A stretch of 64,000 nucleotides of DNA from an uncultured Bacteroidota bacterium (GTDB lineage: Bacteria; Bacteroidota; Ignavibacteria; UBA10030; UBA6906). Positions 29,067 through 37,293 of this stretch are shown one piece after another. Every line of letters begins with the position of its first letter. Within the stretch, counting starts at the first letter, position 1. Under the pieces are notes generated by a model, which saw only the letters and a program-made list of their open reading frames with translations, was not told where the DNA came from and searched no databases. Both the position numbers and the translations under genes were made by a program. Location of the stretch: the NCBI GenBank assembly GCA_963700635.1, contig CAVOYH010000003.1:1216001-1280000 (forward strand). The letters are read 5' to 3'.

Positions 29067-29088
29067 GTCACTCACTCCGACGTCGTGT

Positions 29089-30588
29089 ATGTCGAACCGA
29101 AAACTTCCTGACATCTTCTACAATCCGCTGAGCATCGGCGGCGCGGCGCTTGCCAGCGTTTCGCTGGTGACGATCGTTTTTCTCATTCTTGTTGAATGGT
29201 TGCAGCACGATTCTCCTCCCTACATCGGCATTATCTCGTACGTGATTCTTCCGCTCCCGCTGGTCATGGGACTCCTGCTGATTCCTGCCGGCGCGTGGCG
29301 CGAACGCTGGCGAATACGCAGAGGTCAGCCGGCCAGCCGGCTTGCATTTTCTGTGGACCTGGCGGTGCCGCGCCAGCAGGCTGCCCTGACGATCTTCAGC
29401 AGTGTATCCGTTATCATACTCCTACTTACGGCGTACGGGAGTTACCGGACGTTTGAATGGACAGAATCTGTGGAGTTCTGCGGTACCATCTGTCATGAAG
29501 CGATGGAACCCGAGCATACGGCCTACCAGCATTCGCCGCATGCACGCGTAAAATGTGTTGACTGTCATGTGGGCTCCGGGGCCGGGTGGTATGTCCGCTC
29601 GAAACTTTCCGGCGCCTATCAGGTGTACGCGGTGATCGCCAATGTATTCCCGAGACCGATTCCTACCCCGATCAAAGACCTCCGTCCGGCACAGGAAACC
29701 TGCGAGCAGTGCCATTGGCCCTCACACTTTTCTGCCGAGAAAAAATACGTCAATACGTACTTCAAGTCCGATGAGGCCAACACACGCTGGACGATTGCGT
29801 TGTTGATGAAGATCGGCGGCGGCAGTGAAGAACGCGGCCCGTCAGGCGGAATCCACTGGCACATGAACATTGACAACGAAGTGACCTATGCGGCGACAGA
29901 TTCTCAACGTCAGGTGATTCCGCTGATCAGCATCAGGAACCGACGTACCGGTGTTGTTTCTGAGTTCATCGCACAGGATGCCATTGATGACATCGAGACA
30001 CTGCGCACCCTCCCCAGGGCCACGATGGATTGTATTGATTGCCACAACAGACCTTCACACATCTACCGGCCCCCTGCCCGTATCATTGACCAAAGTCTTG
30101 CGCATGGCCGGATCAGCTCCGATCTTCCCCGGATACGGGAACAGGCGATGGAGCTGCTGAAGTTTGAGTACACGAGCACCCAGGCGGCCGTCGACAGCAT
30201 TGACATGCTCCTGAAAGAATTTTATGCCAGGGAGTACCCGGCAATCACAGAATCACAACCCGCATTGATTGCCGCCGCAAGCAAGGAGCTTCAGGCTCAA
30301 TTCCGTCTCAACTTCTTCCCGCGCATGAAGGTGCGGTGGAGCGCATATCCCGACAACATCGGACATATGACCGATCTTGGTTGTTTCCGATGCCATGATG
30401 GAAATCACCGCACTGCTGACGGACGTGTACTCTCAAAGGATTGCAACATCTGTCACACAATTTTGTATCAGGGAACGGCACCGAATCCACAGACACTGTC
30501 TGTTGCAGGTCTTCCCTTCGAACATCCCGAAGATATCGGCGACATCTGGAATGATATGAACTGCGTTGAGTGCCACTCCGGTCGGTGA
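29089..30588 (+). CDS. NapC/NirT-family 7-heme inner-membrane cytochrome (ImcH-like)
   Basis: Three N-terminal TM helices, FCGTICHEAM, SPHARVKCVDCH, RPAQETCEQCHWP, GIHWH; 6 CXXCH plus 1 CX3CH. Confidence 0.87.
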   Translation: MSNRKLPDIFYNPLSIGGAALASVSLVTIVFLILVEWLQHDSPPYIGIISYVILPLPLVMGLLLIPAGAWRERWRIRRGQPASRLAFSVDLAVPRQQAALTIFSSVSVIILLLTAYGSYRTFEWTESVEFCGTICHEAMEPEHTAYQHSPHARVKCVDCHVGSGAGWYVRSKLSGAYQVYAVIANVFPRPIPTPIKDLRPAQETCEQCHWPSHFSAEKKYVNTYFKSDEANTRWTIALLMKIGGGSEERGPSGGIHWHMNIDNEVTYAATDSQRQVIPLISIRNRRTGVVSEFIAQDAIDDIETLRTLPRATMDCIDCHNRPSHIYRPPARIIDQSLAHGRISSDLPRIREQAMELLKFEYTSTQAAVDSIDMLLKEFYAREYPAITESQPALIAAASKELQAQFRLNFFPRMKVRWSAYPDNIGHMTDLGCFRCHDGNHRTADGRVLSKDCNICHTILYQGTAPNPQTLSVAGLPFEHPEDIGDIWNDMNCVECHSGR

Positions 30589-30631
30589 GGGAACGCAGAT
30601 CATGTACAGGCGGCAAGGAAAGGAATATGGA

Positions 30632-31939
30632 ATGAACGGATCTCGTCTTCTCCCGCTCGCACTACTTCTGACGTGGAGTGCGGCGGCTCCAGCACAATAT
30701 GTCTCGGGCCGCCTCTCGACGGCATTCTACGCGTGGGAACAATTTGATACGGTTGGCACATCCCAGCAATACCTCCGTGCCTACCAGACGGCGCAGTTAA
30801 GCATCGCCCACGGTGATGTATCACTGACAACATTTCTCCAGGGAACCACAAACCTGGCCGGCACGTTCGGCGCTTCGGGACGCGTTCGCTTCTACAATCT
30901 CTACCTGAGTTGGACGAACATCGGTAAGGTTGTCGACCTTCACCTGGGACGGCAGGGAATCTTTGCCGGGGCGGGGGTAGGCACCATCGACGGACTCTCC
31001 GCAAAAGCGCGGCTGTTTCAGAACAGAGTGACCCTGACCGGATACGGGGGTGCAACGGTTGGTCCTGAGTTTACCGGAGTGCGCGAAAACATCGGGGATA
31101 ACTATTTTTACGGAGGCCAGGTGGTTACTTCCCTCCTTCCGGGTACGCGCATCGGGTTAAGCTACATGAATCGTCACGAAGAGCGGGACCCCTACTGGAC
31201 CCTTCGCGCCCGGGACACCTCGTATGCGCCCGTGCCCTACTATGTGGCCAACGATTCTCCGGCGGAAGAACTCGGGAGCGCAGATGCCCGGTATGAGTAC
31301 GGTGACCGTTTCTCCGTGTACGGGCGTTATGACTATGATTTCCTGAATGAGCGCACGTCACGGGCTCAGGGTGGTGCGCGGGTCCAGGTAACTCCAAAAC
31401 TTTCCGTCAACGCCGATTATATTCACCGGGTGCCCCGTGTGTTCTACAATTCCATATTCTCGGCGTTTGTCACCAATGCCGTCAACGAATTTGAGGGCGG
31501 TCTCGAGTATGGTTTCACGCCGCTGCTTCGGCTGTTCGGACGGATGGCATGGGTTTCGTATACCGACGAAAAAAGTCACCGCTGGACGCTCGGACTGAAC
31601 ACAGGATATGCCACGGTGGTGTATGCGGGGAGCGACGGATATGCCGGCGAGTTGAGTTCGTTCAGTGTGCAGGGATCCTATCCGCTCTTCGGCCGCACGG
31701 TCGTTCCGACAGCAGGAATCTCGTATGCCTCGTACCGGCTCAGCAGGGAAAGTACGCGAGACAATGCCTTGAGTCTCCTGCTGGGCGCGATGGTCCGGCC
31801 CACGTCCACCTTCTCCTGTGACGTTCAGGGGCAATGGTTGACGAACAAGCTGATGCAGCGTGATCTTCGCGTTCAAGTGCGGTTGAGTTACTGGTTTGCG
31901 CAACGGCTCTCATCCAGCAAAGAGGAGGGGACACCATGA
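30632..31939 (+). CDS. Outer-membrane beta-barrel, porin of a porin-cytochrome complex
   Basis: Signal peptide, amphipathic Tyr/Gly-rich strands throughout, VRLSYWF near the C-terminus; coupled to the next cytochrome gene by ATGA. Confidence 0.75.
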   Translation: MNGSRLLPLALLLTWSAAAPAQYVSGRLSTAFYAWEQFDTVGTSQQYLRAYQTAQLSIAHGDVSLTTFLQGTTNLAGTFGASGRVRFYNLYLSWTNIGKVVDLHLGRQGIFAGAGVGTIDGLSAKARLFQNRVTLTGYGGATVGPEFTGVRENIGDNYFYGGQVVTSLLPGTRIGLSYMNRHEERDPYWTLRARDTSYAPVPYYVANDSPAEELGSADARYEYGDRFSVYGRYDYDFLNERTSRAQGGARVQVTPKLSVNADYIHRVPRVFYNSIFSAFVTNAVNEFEGGLEYGFTPLLRLFGRMAWVSYTDEKSHRWTLGLNTGYATVVYAGSDGYAGELSSFSVQGSYPLFGRTVVPTAGISYASYRLSRESTRDNALSLLLGAMVRPTSTFSCDVQGQWLTNKLMQRDLRVQVRLSYWFAQRLSSSKEEGTP

Positions 31940-33141
31940 TCCGCCGCTATTTTTTCTTCCTCGCGGTCGTTGTCGTGGCGTTGTTGACCGCCGTCGCGTA
32001 CCGTCCGATGAGCCAGCAGGGGTGGCCTGAGCTCGACGACAGCAAGCAGCTGAAATTTTCGCATCAGACGCACATACAGGGTGTGGCGATTGAGTGTGTC
32101 TCCTGTCACGGCGCGACCACCAGCAAAAAGGCCTCGGATTCTCTCAGGCCAACACACGATAATTGCACCTCCTGTCATGAAGAACAACTGACGAATGAAT
32201 GCGGGTATTGTCATGTAAATCCAGATGACATTCAGCCCCCGCCTTCCCCCGTCAGAGAAATTGTGTTCTCCCATGCGCAACATGTCACGATGTCCGATGT
32301 GGCGTGCACCACGTGCCACGCCGGCCTGGACGAAACTGACTATGCCAGAGCGAAGCACATGCCTGCCATGGCCACCTGCGCCACCTGTCACAATGAGCGG
32401 AAGGCAACCAACCAGTGTGAAGCATGCCACACCAATGTGACCAATCTGGTGCCTCCCGATCACCTTGCCGCGAATTTTAAGAGCCGTCACCGCGAGTTGA
32501 CCAGGTTGGGCGAGCTGGATGCGTCGTGCTCAACGTGCCATTCGCAGAGTTTCTGCGCGGAATGCCACAGCGCCACAGAAGTGATGCAGTTCGGCAAGGG
32601 AGCAATGATGAGTGACCCGACTCCACGCACATTTCCGGGAGCCACAACCAGGACGTCGACGCTTCAGATGGTGCATGATTTGAACTACCGCTTTATCCAT
32701 GGCATCGACGCAAAAGCAAAAGGGTCGGACTGTTACTCCTGCCATTCCGCACAGGATTTTTGTGCAACGTGTCATGAAACGGGTGACAATATCACCACCA
32801 CCCGTGGTTTCAAACCGGCCTGGCATCTTGGGGCAGGTTTTACAACACTTGGCGTGGGAAGCGGAGGCGGCCGCCACGCGGATCTTGCACGCCGCGATCT
32901 CGAAAGCTGCATTGCATGCCACGACGCGCAGGGCGGTGATCCGACATGTATCACCTGCCATAGTGATCCCGACGGTATTCGCGGCACGGATCCCCGGACC
33001 CACGTGCCGGGCTATATGAAGACAGAGCGGGGTCCGTGGCATGCTCAACCCGGATCAACCTGCTATAACTGTCATACCGACATGAACGCGCGTCCGGACG
33101 GCACAAAGGGGAGAAACTTCTGTGGGTACTGCCATGGCTAA
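31936..33141 (+). CDS. 14-heme periplasmic cytochrome c (c7/c3-like domains)
   Basis: 14 CXXCH, two FSHxxH c7-like triheme units at the N-terminus, N-terminal signal/anchor. Confidence 0.9.
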   Translation: MIRRYFFFLAVVVVALLTAVAYRPMSQQGWPELDDSKQLKFSHQTHIQGVAIECVSCHGATTSKKASDSLRPTHDNCTSCHEEQLTNECGYCHVNPDDIQPPPSPVREIVFSHAQHVTMSDVACTTCHAGLDETDYARAKHMPAMATCATCHNERKATNQCEACHTNVTNLVPPDHLAANFKSRHRELTRLGELDASCSTCHSQSFCAECHSATEVMQFGKGAMMSDPTPRTFPGATTRTSTLQMVHDLNYRFIHGIDAKAKGSDCYSCHSAQDFCATCHETGDNITTTRGFKPAWHLGAGFTTLGVGSGGGRHADLARRDLESCIACHDAQGGDPTCITCHSDPDGIRGTDPRTHVPGYMKTERGPWHAQPGSTCYNCHTDMNARPDGTKGRNFCGYCHG

Positions 33142-33151
33142 GAAGGACGAT

Positions 33152-34549
33152 ATGATGAAGAGACGAACCCTCCTTCACTGTGCTGCACCACTCCTGGTGG
33201 TCGGCGCGGTGCTGTTCCTCGGCGGTTGCGGGGAACTTAAGACTGATCTCCCGGCCCCCGGGCCGCAAAAAGGAGTGCACGATCTGGGTTGGAATGATCC
33301 TGCCTCCTCAGCGTTTCATGGGAACGTGCTGAAACAGACACAGTACAAAGCCGACGCGTGTATCGCGTGCCATGCCCGGGCGTTCACGGGCGGAACCAGC
33401 GGGAAATCCTGTTTCACCTGCCACACATCATACCCGCACAAAACGGGCTGGAGTGACACCGTTTCAACACAATTCCACGGTAGATTTCTCCGACTCGGAA
33501 TGTCTGAACTCGCCGAGTGCGCAAAATGTCACGGTGCCGCATTTGACGGCGGAAGCAGTGGGACATCATGTTATTCGTGCCACGCATCCTACCCCCACAA
33601 AAGCGGGTGGACCGGCGTTCTCCCTGCATCATCACACGGTGGGTACCTGGCGCAGAAAGCCTGGCAACTTGGCGAGTGTACGGGATGCCACGGAGATGAC
33701 TTCAGCGGTGGGACCAGTGGAAAATCCTGCTTCACCTGTCACGCCTCCTATCCTCACACCACGTTTACAACAGCGGGTGGTCACCCAGCCTATCTGGTTG
33801 ACAAGGGATATCCCCTGGAACAGTGCAGGGTTTGCCATGGCGCAACCTATGATGGCGGCACGGTCGTGTCCGTATCCTGCATGTCCGCAGGATGCCATGT
33901 TGATGCAGGTGGACAGAAAAAATCACCGGAAGCCTGCAACACCTGTCACGGCGGATTCCGTGCTCTCGCGTTGAACATACCATCCTGGGCCCCCCCAAAA
34001 GGTGTTCTGGGCGATTCTTCCATAACGTCCCGCTCTGTCGGGGCGCATCAGAAACACCTTGTCTCCGGCGCACTCGGTAAGGATGTAAAATGTGCAGAAT
34101 GTCACACGGTTCCGGTACAAGTGGTGGCTTCGGAGCACTTCGATACGCGACTGCCTGCGGAGGTCATGTTTAATGACACGCTTGCCAGATTGAAGACTGC
34201 AGCCGGAACATTTACTCCTGCGCCATCGTATAGCGCGATCACATTACGCTGCAGCGGCACGTATTGTCACGGCAACTGGAAAGCAAGCAGGGCGACATCA
34301 GCGTTTGCGTTTGCCTACACGGATTCGTTCATGGTGGGTTCGAACTATGCGCCGACATGGACGGGTGGAACAGCTGAAGCTGCGTGTGGGAGCTGTCATG
34401 GGCTGCCTCCCACAGGCCACATGCCGGCCACACTGGCCACGTGTGTGAACTGTCACCAGGGTGTTGTTAATGGGTCCGGCAGCATTATTGACAATTTGAA
34501 GCATATCAACGGGAAGATTAACGCGTTTGCCTCAGAGCGCCCGTTCTGA
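33152..34549 (+). CDS. 13-heme lipoprotein cytochrome c with CxxxxCH/CxxCH domain
   Basis: Lipobox LGGC; 11 CXXCH plus CMSAGCH and CSGTYCH; PTW...CGSCHGLPP. Start may be 33134. Confidence 0.88.
   Translation: MMKRRTLLHCAAPLLVVGAVLFLGGCGELKTDLPAPGPQKGVHDLGWNDPASSAFHGNVLKQTQYKADACIACHARAFTGGTSGKSCFTCHTSYPHKTGWSDTVSTQFHGRFLRLGMSELAECAKCHGAAFDGGSSGTSCYSCHASYPHKSGWTGVLPASSHGGYLAQKAWQLGECTGCHGDDFSGGTSGKSCFTCHASYPHTTFTTAGGHPAYLVDKGYPLEQCRVCHGATYDGGTVVSVSCMSAGCHVDAGGQKKSPEACNTCHGGFRALALNIPSWAPPKGVLGDSSITSRSVGAHQKHLVSGALGKDVKCAECHTVPVQVVASEHFDTRLPAEVMFNDTLARLKTAAGTFTPAPSYSAITLRCSGTYCHGNWKASRATSAFAFAYTDSFMVGSNYAPTWTGGTAEAACGSCHGLPPTGHMPATLATCVNCHQGVVNGSGSIIDNLKHINGKINAFASERPF
33278..33898 (+). repeat. 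Four tandem diheme modules within the lipoprotein
   Basis: First Cys codons at 33359, 33518, 33677 and 33824 (periods 159, 159 and 147 nt). Unit H.GW..HG..L..CxxCHG..F.GG.SG.SCxxCH.SYP; the fourth copy is diverged. Confidence 0.85.
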
Positions 34550-34552
34550 GTG

Positions 34553-34590
34553 AACGGAAAGGGGACGGCAACGTCCCCTTTTCGTTTTTT
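34553..34590 (+). terminator. Intrinsic terminator ending the cytochrome operon
   Basis: GAAAGGGGACG-GCAA-CGTCCCCTTTTC followed by GTTTTTT. Confidence 0.88.
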
Positions 34591-34622
34591 CACTCCTGCA
34601 AACCTATTCTTACAGATTGGAA
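34587..34622. promoter_or_regulatory. Paired candidate enhancer sites upstream of ccmF
   Basis: TTTTCA-N4-TGCAAA (34587) and TTCTTA-N4-TTGGAA (34607). Confidence 0.45.
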
Positions 34623-34702
34623 AGGCCCAGCGGGATCGCCGGTGCAGCCCGCCCAAACCCCCCTCTATTCATCCTATTCGCGTATTTTCCCCCTTCCACC
34701 TA

Positions 34703-34717
34703 TGGCACGCATGTTGA
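34703..34717 (+). promoter_or_regulatory. Sigma54 -24/-12 promoter upstream of ccmF
   Basis: TGGCACG-CATG-TTGA. Confidence 0.72.
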
Positions 34718-34752
34718 ACCATAAAAAGTGATCAAGCACTTCTGGAGTTGGA

Positions 34753-36978
34753 ATGACTGTTCTTGGACAATGGGTACTCGTACTCGCTGGCGCGCTGTCC
34801 CTCTTTTCTGCCGTGAGTTATCTTCGTGCTGCCGCTCATGGCAAACGTCCGCTGGAGACACCCCGCATGCTTATGGTCATCAGCACTGCACTGGTGGTGA
34901 TTGCCTCGGCACTGCTTTATGCACTTCTCCTCTCACATGATTTTTCAAACGGGTATGTTTTTGGCTACAGCGATCGGGCGCTGCCGCTGCACTACCTTCT
35001 GTCCACGTTTTACGCCGGACAGGAGGGGAGCTTTCTGTTCTGGGTGCTCTGCTCTTCTCTGGTGGCAGTAGGCCTTTCCGGATACTCGCGAAAGCGCGAT
35101 GCAGAGGCAGAGGTTATGGCCGTGTTCCTTTTTGTGCAGACGGTCCTGATTGCCCTCACCCTTGCCAAGTCGCCGTTCCGCCTTGTGTGGGATATGTACC
35201 CGGGGATCCCCCTGGGTCAACTTCCGCCCGATGGACGCGGCCTTAATCCACTCCTGCAAAACTTCTGGATGGTTATTCATCCGCCGGTGTTGTTTGTCGG
35301 CTTTGCCCTCATGGCCGTGCCGTTCAGCCAGGCGATCGCCTCGCTGTGGAAAAAGAAATTTAACCTGCTCGCGGAGCAGGCAATCGGCTGGACTCTTTTC
35401 GCGGTGTGTGTGCTTGGTCTCGGCATCATGCTGGGTGCCTACTGGGCATATGGTGTCCTGGGGTGGGGTGGATACTGGGGATGGGATCCTGTGGAAAATT
35501 CCTCGCTGGTCCCGTGGCTGACAGGCATTGCCATGGTACACACCCTGATTGCCCAGCGAAGGACGGGGAAATATATCCGGACGAACTTCGTGTTGGCTGT
35601 TGTCTCGTTCTTTCTCGTCATCTACAGCACATTTCTTACGCGCAGTGGTATCCTCGGTGATGCATCCGTTCATGCGTTCACAGATTCAGGCGCCGAAGTA
35701 TACTGGCTCCTGGTCGGTCTTATGAGTGCCATTCTGATCTCCGGCGGTGCACTCCTTGTGAACCGGCGGAGTTATCTCAAACCGGCGGTCGGAACGGGCG
35801 GTTGGCTTACCCGAGAAACCATGCTGGCCGGCGGGGCGATTGCGCTTCTGATGAGTGCTGCCGTTGTGCTCTTTGGAACAAGTCTTCCGATCTTTTCCAC
35901 AATCCGGGTCGAACCATCGTTTTACGATACCACCAATCTCCCCCTTGCGGTCCTGATGGCGATGCTCATCGGCGTGAGTCTGTATACGCAATGGGAGGAC
36001 CATGACTTCCGCTTCACCGCACAACGGTCATGGAAGATGCTCCTCGCAGCGATCCTTGTTACGGCAGTCTTTTTTATAGCCGGCATGAACGATATATCGA
36101 CGGTTGCGCTCGTCTTTACCGCGTTCTTTGCACTGTTCGTGAATGTGGATATCGGCATCCGCATTGCGAGGGGCGATCCGTGGTTTCTCGGCGGCAAGAT
36201 TGCCCATATCGGCCTGGCCGTGTTTTTTCTCGGTGTGGTTGCCACCGGCAAATACAGCACCAAAGAGCACGTCTCATTACCAAGGGGTACCCCGGTTCAG
36301 GCCCTGAACCATACGCTGACCTATGAGGGGTTTACCGTTACGGAGGATCAGAAGTATGTCTTTAGCGTCCGCGCTCAAAAAGGCGCCGAGTCGTTTGTCC
36401 TTTCGCCGGTGATGTTCGAAGCGGGGGAACAGGGTATCATGCGCAATCCTGATATCGTGGAGGCCATCACGAGTGACTTCTACATGGCTCCCCAGTCTCT
36501 GGAGCCCCCGCAGGACGGCAGCCCTCTTGAGCAGGCCTCACTGGAGAAGGGGAAGTCAGCGGTCATCGACGGCGTGACTGTCACGTTTGTGGATTTCGCC
36601 TCGGGTGATCACGGGGATTCGAAAATGATGGGAGGGGAGGGAACGGTGAGCGTTGCGGCGGTTCTTGAGCTCCAGAAGGGGCCCGAGCGTGAAACGCTGA
36701 AGCCGACCCTGTCGTTTTCGGAGCAAGGGCCGGTCCATCCCGAAGTTGTTTCAAAGCTGCTGGCCGGTGGGGTCCAGCTGCTCACCATGAATGTCAGCAT
36801 GGGCGGCGCCCCGTCCGTCATACAGATCGGCCTGCAGCACAGTGGCGGAGAGAGTTCCCGGCCTGATGTCCTGGTCGTTGAGGCAAGTGTAAAACCCTTT
36901 GTAAGCCTTCTCTGGGCAGGTACCGTGTTAATGATGATTGGCTTCGGATTGGCCATAGTGAAACGTTGGAAGGAATAA
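34753..36978 (+). CDS. ccmF: Cytochrome c heme lyase, CcmF/NrfE family
   Basis: GQEGS, GLNPLLQ, IHPP, WAYGVLGWGGYWGWDPVENSS, RSG...SVHAF. Confidence 0.93.
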   Translation: MTVLGQWVLVLAGALSLFSAVSYLRAAAHGKRPLETPRMLMVISTALVVIASALLYALLLSHDFSNGYVFGYSDRALPLHYLLSTFYAGQEGSFLFWVLCSSLVAVGLSGYSRKRDAEAEVMAVFLFVQTVLIALTLAKSPFRLVWDMYPGIPLGQLPPDGRGLNPLLQNFWMVIHPPVLFVGFALMAVPFSQAIASLWKKKFNLLAEQAIGWTLFAVCVLGLGIMLGAYWAYGVLGWGGYWGWDPVENSSLVPWLTGIAMVHTLIAQRRTGKYIRTNFVLAVVSFFLVIYSTFLTRSGILGDASVHAFTDSGAEVYWLLVGLMSAILISGGALLVNRRSYLKPAVGTGGWLTRETMLAGGAIALLMSAAVVLFGTSLPIFSTIRVEPSFYDTTNLPLAVLMAMLIGVSLYTQWEDHDFRFTAQRSWKMLLAAILVTAVFFIAGMNDISTVALVFTAFFALFVNVDIGIRIARGDPWFLGGKIAHIGLAVFFLGVVATGKYSTKEHVSLPRGTPVQALNHTLTYEGFTVTEDQKYVFSVRAQKGAESFVLSPVMFEAGEQGIMRNPDIVEAITSDFYMAPQSLEPPQDGSPLEQASLEKGKSAVIDGVTVTFVDFASGDHGDSKMMGGEGTVSVAAVLELQKGPERETLKPTLSFSEQGPVHPEVVSKLLAGGVQLLTMNVSMGGAPSVIQIGLQHSGGESSRPDVLVVEASVKPFVSLLWAGTVLMMIGFGLAIVKRWKE

Positions 36979-36980
36979 CA

Positions 36981-37235
36981 ATGCAAACGCAAATAACACA
37001 ACGCCTGCCAAACAATGTCGCGGGTAGATATTTCACCACCGAAGAGTGTGATGGATGCGCCTACTGTGCCTCTATCGCGCCGGAAAACTTTGATTTTGAA
37101 AAGGCCAGCAACACATACTTTGTCAGCTGCCAGCCGCGGAACGCGGAAGAAGAAGAGTATATGCAGGAGGCGGCGGATGACTGTCCGGTGGATGCTATTC
37201 GTATAGAAGAAACCGTTGCCGTGAAGTTTGATTGA
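36981..37235 (+). CDS. Monocluster ferredoxin
   Basis: CDGCAYC...AP.NF...CPVDAI; acidic 84-aa protein. Confidence 0.88.
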   Translation: MQTQITQRLPNNVAGRYFTTEECDGCAYCASIAPENFDFEKASNTYFVSCQPRNAEEEEYMQEAADDCPVDAIRIEETVAVKFD

Positions 37236-37293
37236 TCAGCGGTCCCGACATCCTTCACGGTCTAGCCACGCCACAGAGTGCACAAACGATAGG

